Below are positions 1-18,113 of a stretch of 64,000 nucleotides of DNA, one piece after another (the stretch's first letter is position 1; each line of letters begins with the position of its first letter). The translations under genes were made by a program, and so were the position numbers. This DNA is from the human T2T-CHM13v2.0 reference genome, Homo sapiens, in the NCBI RefSeq assembly GCF_009914755.1, contig NC_060931.1; one strand, written 5' to 3'. The notes beneath the pieces were generated by a model, which did no database searches, was not told the DNA's origin, and was given only the letters and a program-made list of their open reading frames with translations.

Positions 1-467
1 TTTCCATTTTCCTTCAGTTTTAAATGATGTAATATAGTAATCTTTATAACATGATCAGCCAAGTATAATTTGAGAAGTCAGTTCTGTTGGCAAATATCTG
101 AAGGACAAAACCAAAGCCACCCTAGCTGAGGTTTTTGTCCCTTCCTTCTTTCATTTACCAAAAACCTTAATTGGGTTAACAGTAGGGGAATTTTAGAAAT
201 CATGTTTTCCTAATGTAACCTGTGAAACAAAAGCAAAATAGATTAAGGCAAGGGGAAAAATGAACTTACCAAGAGTGTTCTTTTTCCTAAGTAAAAACCA
301 CAAATTTTATAGTTTTTTAAATTTTAGACTTTCTCAATCCTTTTTTTCACATTTAATTATTCTCATAAGTATACATAGAAGAGAGAATGTTTTTTAAAAG
401 TCCTTGTCATGTCTATGAATCTGTTTCTCTTTGCTGTACTACATAAATCATATTTTTTTCCTTACAG

Positions 468-503
468 GATCGTTTAGAAAGAGGCAACAAGAAAAGACTG
501 TGA
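468..503 (+). CDS. BCAP29: BCAP29 (BAP29) terminal coding exon, DRLERGNKKRL*
   Basis: Polypyrimidine tract and acceptor (ttttttccttacAG, AG at 466-467), then GAT CGT TTA GAA AGA GGC AAC AAG AAA AGA CTG TGA. The C-terminal KKRL is the KKXX ER-retrieval motif of BAP29, and BCAP29 is the known upstream neighbour of SLC26A4. Confidence 0.92.
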   Translation, partial: DRLERGNKKRL

Positions 504-776
504 ACTTTATAAAAGACACTTGCAATATACTGTGTCAAAATGATAATTTTGTTATGTTAGCCTCTAGAAAATTTAAGTTCAGAAAAATGCACTATGACCG
601 GTTCGTAATTTTTTTAATGCCACACATAGGTTGTATTGTAATGGCATTATCAAAATATTTGATGATGTTTCAGATATATTGCAAAGTCTGTATTCCAGCT
701 CTTAAGAAAAATATAAGCATGTTAAATACCATATTTACATATTGATAATGTCATTGGTATATGGTGGCTGTTTACC

Positions 777-782
777 AATAAA
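777..782 (+). terminator. BCAP29: Candidate proximal polyadenylation signal of the BCAP29 3' UTR
   Basis: First AATAAA after the stop codon. Further AATAAA hexamers lie near 2105 and 2593; which are used cannot be seen from sequence. Confidence 0.55.
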
Positions 783-3597
783 AGGAAAAAATTCATTAAC
801 CGGTTGCTTCCAAAATTAGAAGTTTTAAGTTGCATGAAACCATTAATAGCCTTGAAAGCTTTGATAAGTTTTCAGTAATAATAACCTATTTAATCAGATG
901 ATGATGTGTTTGAAAATAGTGTTCAATATCAGCAAATTTGTACACAGGGAATGTAAATAAGGATAACTGATCAGAGTTATCCACTGTATTTATAAGGAAG
1001 AGTCGGAAAAAACAATGACCTTAGTTTTTTTTAAGCCTGATGATACTATGGTTTACTCTAATAAGATAGCTATATTGATAATTATATTTTTGTTACTGTG
1101 CCCTTGCACATTTTGGTCTTTTTGTTAATATTTTTATTAATAACACATAATTAGTAACCACTCTACTGTTTCAAGTTAATCTAGTAATAGAGCTTACATA
1201 TATTTGTATAACTGCTATACCACTGAACTGAATTTATTTTACAACAGTGTAGAATTCTTGAAAAGTTAACGTAGAAAATATCCAAAAAGCAGTATTTCTA
1301 GAAAGTGTCCAAAAAGCAGTATTTCTTTCCCTTGGTTGTGAGAGTAACTAATTATATAAATATTACCTCAAAAATACATACACTGGTATCACACAGTCTT
1401 TCTACAATGTTTCTGCATTCTGAAAGCTAAATATTAAGTACTATTTTTCCATTCAAATATTCATTTAGAATTTCCTTTAGAAGATGGCAGTGATTATAAT
1501 ATTAATATGATTTCATTTGTTCCAGTGTTTAGACATGAAATCATCTTCCTTGTCTCATGAAAACCTAAATATAAAAAAAAGGAAAATACTGGAGTTTTTA
1601 TTTCTCTTGTCTTTGTTACATCCTCTGTTTATTATAATTTTAGCACCAACTTCACACCTAGCTAATTTTTTTCATCATAAAGTGGATGAAATGAGCAAGT
1701 ACCTAAAAATTTTATTTCAGATAAAAGTCAGGAGTTACTGCTAAAAAACAGACATGTAGGAGACATTCAACAGGAGTATGAAATGAGAGTTAGACCATAT
1801 GGGCTGACAACACCATAAATAACAAGAAAAGGGAGTGCTGAAATAGGAGAGAACAGAGCAAATGTTAGCTCAAAGTATAGACTTAGAAATATCAAAGTAA
1901 GAGCTATCTGGATAAATATATAGATATTGAGTGCTTGGAATCCTAGCCTACTATGTGAAAATTAAGTCTAATGTCAGAATAACTTACAGAAAAATAGAAA
2001 ATGCACAGCTTTAAAATGGGCAGAGTTAAAATCTATTCCCAGCTTTATCACTTATTTAGCCATGCTAGCCTAGGCCTCTATTTCCTTGTCTCCAAAATGA
2101 GAATAATAAAATTTAGGTCAGGATTACTATATAAACTAAGATAATACAGTGATTCTCAAAGTTGTTCAGACTGTATAGTAAGGAGAAAGTCTGGTTGCAC
2201 TTTGAAGAGCTTGAAGATTTGAAAGATTCCCAAAAAAGCATTTTAAAGTTTACATTTAAGGGACCTTGGACCTCAACCCTCTCAAGTTTACAAGTCTGAA
2301 ACTTTAGACATCAAAAGTTTGAGCAGTTTTTCCAAGGCAACATTGATAGTTAGATTCAGGGCCAGGCTGTAAGTCTAGAATTTAGATATCCTGATCCCCC
2401 AGATACCGCTCTTCTGGTTATACACAGACCAGCTATAATTTGCTAAACATAAAATATTGCAGTGTATTAGCCAGCTGTGGCTCCAGAGTCTGTGCCCTTT
2501 ACCACCGTGCCCAACTGTTTCACATGCTGTGTTTGGTAGTTTTTCCTAGTGCTCTCCTTAATAATGGTGGTGTTTAGCAAATTGTATTACATAAATAAAT
2601 ATTTATTTCATGGATTGAGTTATGTTGCATATTAAATTACTTTCCTTCCCATTGTCAATAATGACTTCTTTATGTCTTAGGCTGTATTATAAATTCAAAC
2701 ACAGGAATGTTATTCTTGCCTTTTTCCATCAGAATTACCTAAAGTTTTATTAGACTTTCCCCCTACTTGCAAATCTGCCTGGAGGTTCTGGTCTTTAGGA
2801 AGTAGCACTTAGCAAGTTCTGGATAAGCACTCCAGAATTTGGGATGAGTTATCCTTGTTGTTTGTCCAGCTCTATCTTGGACCCCAGTGCTGCTAATTAG
2901 ATTCATGCCTTGTTCTTTAGGGCATAAGTTCCTCTCTTGGCTATTTTTCCTAGTATGCTGAGAACTAGGATTCCCTTTCAGTGACAGAGTCCTGCCCTGG
3001 AACCCCAATCAAGAGCCTAAAGTTTAACTACTCTCTGAGATATTAGCCTGATGCCAGCAGCCTGCCTGGATCTCTAAATATTACCCATTCTGGGAGTTGT
3101 TAGTGGTCTCTGCTTTCCTGCAGTGTCACTCCTGCTTCCTCATTGGGCCTGCTAGCCACAGCTACTTGGATGTACCCGAACCTGTTGCCTTGCCCTACCT
3201 CTGTGGGCTGGTTCAGTTCTGCATTCCCATTCCAGTGTCCACTGCCTTCTTGCTATCCCTCCCATCTGTGCGCCACCACCAGCTTATCCCCAGCCCTGCT
3301 AACATGACAAACTATTGTGCATTTGAGTGCCCACTATACAATGTGTGAATATAACCGTGCTTTTAAGCATTGACTTTAATGTCTGGGATGATCCGTCTAG
3401 AGTCCATGGAACCCTCCTGTGTTTTTTCATCCCTTTCTTAGTAATCTTGGAAATCCACTTATGAAATTCTTTTTCTAACATTTCTTTGCTGAACGGCATT
3501 TTTAAAATTACTTTCACGGTGTTTCTTTCCAGTTTGATCTCTACACAAACACAACTTTATTACTTGCACCAGAAATGATTTCAAACACTTTAGGAAC

Positions 3598-4056
3598 TGT
3601 GGTAGGCTTAATTATGACTTCCCAAAAGATATCCCTATACCAATCCCTGGAACCTGGAAATGTTCTCTTCTATAGCAAAAGATATGATTAAGTTAAAGTC
3701 TTGAGATGGAGAGATTATTCTGGGTAATCTGGGAGTGCCCTAAATGCAGCTACATCTATGCTTATATAGAAGCAAAGGGAGATATTACCACACAGAAGAG
3801 GAGAAAGCACAGTGACCACAGAGGCAGAGATTGGAGTGATGGAGCCGCAGCAAAGGAATGCTGACAGCCACCAGAAGCTGGAGGAGGCAAAGAACAGATT
3901 CTTCCCCAGAGCCTCTTCCAGCAGGAGCATGGCCCTACAGATACCGATAAAACTGATATTGGACTTCCTGGCCTCCAGAACTATGGGAATAAATTTATTG
4001 TTTCAAGCTATCAAGTTTGTGATTATTTGTTACTGCTGCCATAGTAAATTAATACA
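3598..4056 (+). mobile_element. MLT1-family (ERVL-MaLR) solo LTR
   Basis: TG...CA ends and typical MLT1C/D blocks (gaggcagagattggagtgatg, ccaccagaagctggaggaggcaaagaacagattc, aataaattt...taataca). Confidence 0.8.
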
Positions 4057-4787
4057 GGAGCATGCAGGACAGATCTGTAATGGCCTGAACTGAATTTCAA
4101 GGGGTGTGGAAAACAGTTACTCTTTAACACCACTCCGTCTTCCCCATTAGCCATTTGGATAAGTCAAAGATAGCCTTAGCCATCTCCTATCTTAGTTACT
4201 TTTCTCCTTCAACTGTATTTTGCCATTGTCGTTGCCATTGCCTCTGCCTAACAGCAAGCCATCATCATCTCTCACATGGACTATGACGACCTCCTCATCT
4301 CCCTGTATCTTCTCTAATGCTTCTCTCATATACATGCTCTCAGCAGCCACCTGGTTTAAAACAAAAACAAAAAAAACACTAATCATGTCATTCCCTGCTT
4401 GTCTTCCCGTTCTTTCCAACTGTCATTCCCTGCTTGTCTTCCAATTCTTTCCAACTGCAGTTAAGATCAAACCACCAAGACCTCACCAGGCTCCCATCTA
4501 CTTTTCAGCCTCAACTCAGTCCACCTGCTCTGCCAATCACACCTGTTTCTTTTTGTTGTTCTTTCCCTAGGATATAGATCCTGGCATACCTGCATTCTGA
4601 TTCTTCTTGGAACAAGCCAAATTCTTTCCCCTGTCAGTACGTTTGCATGTGTAGTACATGTTGCATCCCAGGCCTGTCTGCCTTCTTACCCTATTTTATT
4701 TTCATCATAGCACTTACTACCATCTGAAATGATCTCATTTATGGTTTGTCTCCTCAGTGATTAACACAGTTCCTGCACACAGTAAAT

Positions 4788-4995
4788 CAGTAGTTCTCAA
4801 CAGGAAGTGAAGAGGTCATCCTGAGGGGAACATTTAGCAATACCTAGAGACATTTCTGGTTGTCATAACCAGGGGAATGCTCCTAGTGGATAGAAGTCAG
4901 GGAGGCTGTTAAACCCATTCCACAATGCACAGGACTGGAACAAAGAATGATCTCTCACTCAGAATGTCAGTGTTGCCAAGGTGGAGACATCCTGC
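4788..4995. mobile_element. MER20-like hAT DNA transposon fossil
   Basis: Termini cagtagttctcaac...gagacatcctg and internal gacatttctggttgtcataac, acaatgcacagga resemble MER20. Confidence 0.65.
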
Positions 4996-7043
4996 AGTAG
5001 ATGCTTGTGGCAGAGGGTACTGGTTGTCCCCCAGTATCCATTCTTTCATTCACCTGTGTTAATACATGCTCCAGTTTTGTATTTTTTTTTATAAACAGCT
5101 GTCAAGCATAAAGATAACATTTTCCATCTCCTTGTATGTAAGTGGAAATAGGACTGTCATGTGGGGCCAGTTTCTTTTTTTTCTTCCTCTGTCCTGCTGC
5201 TTGAAACATATGCTGCTATCTTAGATCATGAGGTCGAGGCCATGCAAAGTGGAGCAACAAGGAGCTGTGTCCCTGACGCCATAAGCACCACACCTGTCCT
5301 GAATTGCTGTGAATGACACCAGCTAACTACAATGCATTGTCTCAACATCCTAGACATAATAAAAAGCCATAAATATGTTTGTCCTATGCAGCACAAAACC
5401 TTTGTATCTTTGCCTTTTATGTTGGGATCTTAATTAAAAATTACATCCTCTACTGTCTCTGCATGCTCAACTTTTTATATTCGACTTAACCATTATTAAT
5501 CAGCATCATGCATCGCACCCCCACAATAGCTGTGCATTTCACATTATAAAAGTTTACAAATCTCTTCTGCCTCTTTGTCTTTAGTATGGTGTACACCACA
5601 ACAAGAACAAACACCTCAAGAACATTCAGGCACATTATATATACAAAGATAGCACATAAGAGCTTGATGTGTAAACAAGGTGTGTAAACAAGTTAGGAAG
5701 AAGTTTCCAACTTTTTCTTGGCGATCAACTCCTTTCCTAAATTTGAGCGAAGAATGTGTTTGAAGTGTTGGCTTTGCCCCCTAAACTAGGTGTCTTCCTG
5801 GTTAGCCAGGCTTCTCTGAAGTCTTTCCTTCAGAAATTGTTGTTCTCCCTGAAGCACCACCCATGGTAAAGAATTTTGGTCTCTCCCAAGGGCTGTCAAT
5901 TTCCCGGAGCACAAAAGACCCTTACAGCACCACTTCTCAGCCAAGGGCTTCCTGGAATAATCCTCCATAGAGGTTTACTTGCTGAAACTTTCTCTTTTTA
6001 AGTTTGTTGGTTTTTTTTCCTCTTGAAACAAAATTGATACATAGTAAATGTAGAAATGAAAGAAAAAATAGCTGTTTGTCTAATTTTTTTATATATATAT
6101 ATATACACACAAATATTTACAAAAATAAGATCACACCTATTTTTATGCATACTGTTTTGTGACCTGCTTTTGTTCCCCCTACATCAATATTCTTCTGCAA
6201 CAGAATTCTACAAACAACTTCTCATAGGTCATATACACATCACCTGGGGGGTTCGGTTTGTTTAAAGCACAGGGACTCATATGCCCTGTTTACCACTACC
6301 ACCGGTGAGAATTCCTGCCCCAGGTAACAGTGTTAGTAATGAGACTGCCATAACCATCCAGTATGTGAGAGCAAAAAAGGTGGATGAGACCCATCGTCCT
6401 ATGACAAGGTATTTACCTTATCCCCTGTTGGTGACATTTCATGAGAATCTTTATTGGCAGAAAATGCTCTGGAATCAGTAGAACATAGTGGTTACATGCG
6501 TAGATTACCTGTGTCCAAATCTCATCTGCTTTATTTATTACCCATTCAGCATCTCAGTTTCTTCATCTTTAAGGTGATTTAGACTCTAAAGTCTTGCTGA
6601 TGAGACTAAACGAGTTGATACATGTTAAGAACGTTTAACAGTTTCTCATGGTAAACTATTCTGAACATTATACAAAGACTGATGCCCAGTCATAAATTTC
6701 CCCATCTAAAAACAATAATCTAATGGAATTTTAAAATGTCTTAAAAATAAAAAGTGTACTGGAGATGGATGGTGGTGATGGTTACACAACAATATGAATG
6801 TAGTTAATACCACTGAACGATACATTTAAAAGTGGTTGGTTAGTACAACCTCTTTGGTATTAACTACTAGTATTAACCACTTTTAAGTGTATAGTTAGAT
6901 GGTATTAACTACATTCATATTGTAGTATTAACCATATTAACCACTTGTAAGTGCATTTTACATCATTGAAAACATTGGGAAACAAAAGGTGGACCCCCTA
7001 GTTTTCTGGAATGAAAATGCACAGTGTTGAAACTGGTAGATAG

Positions 7044-7372
<329 letters not shown>

Positions 7373-7779
7373 TAACTGTGATCAGTCATTCCCCTGCCAC
7401 CCCTCTTCTTCCACCTCAGAGAAAGCACAGAGCCCCATTTGCTCAGGTATGCAACTAATGTTTGCTTATCTGGATTGAATTCAGTTCAATTCTAGTGTGT
7501 CAGATTCTTTTCAGGTGACTCTTCCCATTCCCCATCTTCAGAGTGTGTCCTGTTGTCTTAAGATTATGATAGGATCAGATGCAATTTTGACCAACATTCT
7601 TAAAATACATCCAGACATGGATGTATTTCACTTCAAATCCCATTGGCAGATTTGATATTATGAAAGGGCCTGGGTCTGAGGTGTTTTGTTAGTCACTTGA
7701 ACCTTAACTGCAACTTTTTTTTCCTTTCTCAATGATTAAAATAATTACATATATATGTATATATGCACATATATTATGA

Positions 7780-8094
<315 letters not shown>

Positions 8095-8120
8095 TATGTC
8101 TATTTAAAAAAGAAAAATGC

Positions 8121-8460
<340 letters not shown>

Positions 8461-8824
8461 CTAGAGCAGATACAACTTGGGGAGTTCTCTATAAGGAAAA
8501 CAATACAAAATTACCAAAACAAAATTAGGTATGAATTTATTCAGAATAGGAACAGAAATCGCAACAAATAACTGGAGGTTTGGAGATTCAGATACCTTTC
8601 TCCTAAGATCTCTTGGGACAATTCATCAGGGATGCTTCCCAGCTGCAACCTAGCTTCTCCTTTCTACCTAGGACACTCTACAACTCCAGTATTCTTGATA
8701 CCTGTGTACCAAAAGCCCTGAAGCTTCACTATCATTATTTCCATATAAATCTTCCTCTAGATAAGGAATGGGAGGGCAGAGTTAATATAATCAATCTGTT
8801 GAAAACCTCAAAAATTTTTTGGAG

Positions 8825-10325
8825 TTTTTTTTAATTTTTTTTTTTTTAGTTTTTAATTTTTTGTGGGTACATAGTGGGTATAGATATTTATGGGGATACA
8901 TGTGATGTTTTGAAACAGGCATACAATGTGTAATAATCATACCATGTAAAATAGGATATCCATTCCCTCAAGCATTTATCCTTTGTACAAATAATTCAAT
9001 TATACTCTTAGTTATTTTAGAATATACAATTAAATTATTTTTACTATAGTCACCTTGTTGTGCTATCAAATACTAGGTTCTATTCATTATCCCTATTTTT
9101 TTGTACTCATTAATCTTCTCCACCTCCCCTCTACCAACCCCTACTACCCTTCCCAGCCTCTAGTAACCATCCTTCTACTCTCTTTCCTTATGTGCTTGTT
9201 TTGGTTTTTACATCTCACAAATAAGCGAGAACATGTAACGTTTGTTTTTCTGTGCCTGGCTTATTTTCACTTAACATAATGACCTCCAGTTTCATCCATG
9301 TTGTTGCAAATGGCAGGATCTAATTCTTTTTTATGGCTACGTAGTACTCCATTATGTATATGTACCACATTTTCTTTATCCATTCATCTTCCAACGGACA
9401 CTTAGGTTGCTTCCAAATCTTGGCTATTGTGAACAGTGCTGCAACAAACATGGGAGTGTAGATATCTCTTTGATACACTGATTTCCCTTTTGGGGGGTTA
9501 TATACCCAGCAGTATGATTGCTGGATCATATGGTAGCTCTATTTTTAGTTTTTTGAGGAACCTCTAAACTGTTCTCCATAGTGGTTGTACTAATTTGCAT
9601 TCCCTCCAACAGTGTCCAAAGGGTTTGCTTTTCTCTACACCCTCTCCAGAGTTATTGCCTGTCTTTTGGATATGAGTCATTTTAATTGGGTTGAGATGAT
9701 ATCTCATTGTAGCTTTGATTTGCATTTCTTTTATGATCAGTGATGTTGAACACCTTTTCATACGCCTGTTTGCCATTTGTATGTCTTCTTTTGAGACATG
9801 TCAATTCAAATCTTTTTCCTATATTATAATTGGATTATTAGATTTTTTTCCTATAGAGTTGTTTGGACACCTTATATATACTATTAATCACTTGTCAGGT
9901 GGATAGTTTGCAAATACTTTCTCCCATTCTGTGGGTTGTCTCTTCACTTACTGATTGTTTCTTTTGCTGTGCAGAAGCTTTTTAACTTGACGTAATCTCA
10001 TTTGTCCATTTTTGCTTTGGTAGCCTATGCTTTTGGGGTATTACTCAAGAAATCTTTGCCCAGTCCAATGTCCTGGAGAATTTCTCCAATTTTTTCTTGT
10101 AGTAGTTACATAGTTTGAAGCCTTAGATTTAAGTATTTAAGCCATTTTTATTTCATTTTTGTATATGGCAAGAGATAGGGAACTAGTTTCATTCTTCTGC
10201 ATATGGTACCCAGTTCTCCCAGCACCATTTATTGAAGAGACTGCCCGTTCTCCAATGTATGTTCTTGGAACGTTTGTAGAAAATGAATTCACTGTAGGTG
10301 CGTGGATTTGCTTCTGGGTTCTCAG
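8825..10325 (-). mobile_element. 5'-truncated older L1 (L1MA/L1PB-type): ORF2 C-terminus and 3' UTR
   Basis: Minus-strand ORF pieces match L1 ORF2 ([20 protein letters not shown]; FVAALFTIAKIWKQPKCP...WIKKMWYIY.MEYY). T-rich tail at ~8825-8860. Confidence 0.9.
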
Positions 10326-10371
10326 ATTTTAAGGTAATATGAATCATACTTTTTCTTTAATTTATAGTGAG

Positions 10372-10510
10372 TGTATTCATTTCCTATTGGTGCTTTCACA
10401 TATTACCACAAACTTAATGACTCGAAACAACACAAATTTATTATCTTACAATTCTAGCAGTCAGAAGTCCAAAATTAGTCTTACTGTGCTAAAGTCAAAT
10501 TGTCGGCAGA
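10372..10510 (-). mobile_element. MLT1D-like LTR, left piece (split by the WBP1L retrocopy)
   Basis: tgtattcatttcctatt...ttaccacaaactta...aaacaacacaaatttattatcttaca...tcagaagtcc...tgtcggcag matches an MLT1D end. The consensus continues at 14623. Confidence 0.8.
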
Positions 10511-14622
<4,112 letters not shown>

Positions 14623-14624
<2 letters not shown>

Positions 14625-15005
14625 GCTGTTAGCAGAGCTGGTTCCCTTCAGGAGCTTCTAGGGGAGAATCTGTGTCCTTTCCTGCTCCAGTGTCTAGAGG
14701 CTAACCGCATTCTTTGGCTCATGTTCTCCTTCCATCTTCAAAGCCAGGAAGAGATGGTCAAGTCTTTCTGACATCATATAACTTTGACAATAACTCTTCT
14801 GTCTCCCTCGTCCACAATTAAGGATCCTTGTGACTACATTAGGCCAAGCAGATGACCCAGGATAATCTCCCTATTTTAAAGTCAGCTGATTAGCTACCTT
14901 AATTCCATCTGCTACTTTGATTCCCCTTTGACATGTAATTTGACCTACAGATTCTGGGGATTAGAATGTGAACATCCTTGGGAGACCATTGTTCTGTCTA
15001 TCTCA
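14623..15005 (-). mobile_element. MLT1D-like LTR, right piece
   Basis: gctggttcccttcaggagcttctaggggagaatc...tccatcttcaaagcc...ataatctccctattttaaagtcagctgattag continues the consensus interrupted at 10510. Confidence 0.8.
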
Positions 15006-16248
15006 GTGGGTAAGTTATTTGAATGCTAAATGCTTTTGAAAATGCTTTCTGCAATCAGAGTCCCATAACTGTTCTTGATTCTTGATTTGGAGAGTTTTTA
15101 TTTTTAATTGGACTGTCTGTGAGGGAAGCAGAGGCATAGTTCTAAATTTAAGAATTGAAATGGAGCAAGTAGCCCCAGTTCAGCATGCCCAGAGTCTGCT
15201 GCCTTTGGTTTTTCCAAAAGAAGGCAGCTGCAAAAAAATCTCTAAACACTATAAAATATACCATAAAAAAAGCAGAATTGCAAAAAGATGGCTAATTGAA
15301 CACACACTTTCACTCTCTCCTAAACTGCACTGAAACTATGGTATGGTAAAGGGTTTTTTGTTTTGTTTTGTTTTGTTTTTGTTTTTGTTTCTTAAGCATA
15401 AACCTATAAGGATACAGTGAACATGAGAAGAAATAGCACCAACTTTTTGAAAGCTACAAAACAGATAACAGGTGGTATGGACTTGGTAAAACTGATGAAA
15501 AATTGAACTCTTTTTCCTCCTTGGTTCCAAGAACCAAGTCAATTTAAACCACCAAATAATCAAGGCTCAGGCATTGAAGGCACAACTACTCCTAGAAAAG
15601 AGGGGCAGGGCTGTGAAAGATGAAAGAAGGTTGGTTGAAAGCTGTTGGAGAAGCAGTTATATCCCTAGATGCCCCTCTCTTCCTCCAAATGCTGGGTGAT
15701 TTCCTTCCCTCACCCCAGCAGAAGACAGTCTTCCTCTTTGAAGAGGGTAAAACAGAGGGTGTGTTTTAACAAACAAAAAACAGGAGGGTTAAGTAAATGA
15801 TGTATGCCTACTAAATGCAAAACTTCCTCCTCATCTCAGAATGACGGCAGCAGTTATTTACTTCCAGGCAGAACACCAAATAAGTCTTTTGTAGGTGGGA
15901 ATCTATCAGACCCAAGAAGAAAGATCCAAATACACTCACATGGATGTTGACATCAGGGCTTCCCCAACCAAAGGCCCAGGCAGCTCACCCTACAGGAAAT
16001 CTCACCATGATCAAGCCTCACCTACTTACTCAGTTTCCAGGCAGCTCTTGAAGCCTCCACTTTTAAATATGAGCAGGTAATCAAGCATGAGAGATTCGAG
16101 AAACACCTGAACAGGAAAAAAAAATATATAGTGAAAACAGAAAGCGTGCGGGAAGAACAACAAAACTCTCAATGTCTTCAGAAACGTCATGAATTTTTAT
16201 TACAATGCACTCATGAAATCAGAATTGAAAAGTATAAAAAAAAAATTT

Positions 16249-16543
16249 CAGGTTGCTCACACCTATAATCCCAGAATTTTGGGAGACTGAGGCAGGAGGA
16301 TCATCTGAGTCCATGAGTTTGAGACCAGCCTGGGCAACAGAGTGAGCCCCCATCTCTACAAAAAAAAGAACAATAATAAATTAGCAAGATGTAGTGGCAC
16401 ATGCCTGTGGTCCCAGCTACCCAGGAGGCTGAGGCACTTGAGCCCAGAAGGTCGAGACCACAGTGAGCCAAGATCACACCACTATACTACATCCCAGGCA
16501 ACAGAGCAAGACCTTGTCTCATAATAAAAATGGAAAAAAAAAA
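16249..16543 (+). mobile_element. AluJ-like, 5'-eroded
   Basis: Alu dimer motifs and an A-rich tail. Confidence 0.8.
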
Positions 16544-16617
16544 ATCAGAAAGTAAAAAAGAGCCCTCAGGAAAAAATAGGTCTCACTAAATCCTCAGCCC
16601 AATGCCCAAAAATAAAC

Positions 16618-16941
16618 TGTCTTATTTTGTTTGTGCTGCTATAACAACATTCCTGAGACTGGGTAATTTATAAAGAACAGAAATTTATTTTCTCTTAGTA
16701 CTAGAGGCTGAGGCATCCAAGATCAAGGCACTGGCAGGTTTGGTATCTGGTGAGGGCTGCAAAAAAGGACAGACTTCCTCCATCAAGCCCCTTTTTCAGT
16801 GCATCTAATCCCATTCACAAGGGGAGGAGCCCTCATCACCTAAGCATCTCTTAAGGGCCCCATCTCTTAACACCATCACCTTGGCCATTAAGTTTCAACA
16901 CCTGAATGTTGGAGGGGAGGGGACATATTCAAACCATAGCA
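16618..16941 (-). mobile_element. MST/MLT1A-type MaLR solo LTR
   Basis: tgtcttattttgtttgtgctgctataac..gagactgggtaatttataaagaacag...acatattcaaaccatagca. Confidence 0.8.
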
Positions 16942-17086
16942 TAAAACCCATACTGATGAATAACGCACAAAGAGAAAATTCTACACATTTCCAGAAAACA
17001 CAACACGCAAAGGTTGAGGTGAGGCATCTGAACAAGTTCAGATTTCCCAAAAGGAACTCTGGAAGATAGAAGACAGTAAAACAATG

Positions 17087-17449
17087 TGATATGGTTTGGC
17101 TGTGTCCCCACCCAAATCTAATGTTGAATTGTAGCTCCCATAATTCCCACGTGTTGTGGGAGGAACCTGATGGGAGATAATAGAATCATGGGGGCTCTCC
17201 CCCCCATACTGTTCTCATGGTAGTGAATAAGTCTCACGAGATCTGATGGTTTTATAAGGCGTTTCCCCTTTCATGTGGCTCTCATTCTCTCTTGCCAGCT
17301 GTCATGTAATACATGCTTTTCGCCTTCTGCCATGATTGTGAGGCCTCCCCAGCCATGTGGAACTGTGAGTCCATTAAACCTTTTTTTCTTTGTAAATTAT
17401 CCAGTCTCAGGTTATGTCTTTATGAGCAATGTGAGAACAGACTAATACA
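17087..17449 (+). mobile_element. THE1 solo LTR with 5-bp TSD
   Basis: tgatatggtttggctgtgtccccacccaaatc...gagaacagactaataca, flanked by CAATG at 17082-17086 and 17450-17454. Confidence 0.92.
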
Positions 17450-18113
17450 CAATGCTTTCAAAATTATCTCCAACCTAGTATTCTATGGGCCAGTCAAGTT
17501 GCAAATCAAGTATGAGTGAAGAATCATACTTCAGGCTTGCAAGTTCTCAAAAGCTTTACCTCCCACATACCCTTTTCTTGGGAAGCTAGTGGATAGAGGA
17601 TGTACTCCACCAAAAGGATGGGAAAATATTTGAGAAAGGAGATCTACACAGAGAGAGGCAGAGGTCTACAGGATGTTGGTAAAGGGAGACTGTTAGCTGT
17701 GAAACAGCTCAGACAACTTTGGGTGGGGTTTTTTTCTAGAACATGAAGTTTATCAGATACCTGATGTGAATCAACATACTGAAAGACGTAGGGATAAGCT
17801 GGAGAATTGGGGTTGAATAGTGATAGATATTACTGGTCTCAGAAAAGAAAGCAAGTAATGCAAGATGAAAAAACAAACAAAAAAACAAGACAAAACTCAA
17901 AAGAACAACCCCTCACCCCAAAAAATGTCTAGCAAATAAAAAGTAATAGTGGTTTACCACACACCTTCATTCTTTTTTTTTTTTTTTTTTTTACCTTTTT
18001 CTTTAAGCAGTAGAGACAATGTCTCACTGTGTTGCCAGGGCTGGTTTTTATTTATTTATTTATTTATTTTTGCCCCATTGCAATCAGTGTGCACAGGCTT
18101 CTTTCTTTCTTTA

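Noticed and set aside
4386-4455. 35-bp tandem duplication, and a similar 18-bp one near 63503-63537
   Set aside because: Ordinary slippage duplications in L2-like or intronic sequence with no motif of note.
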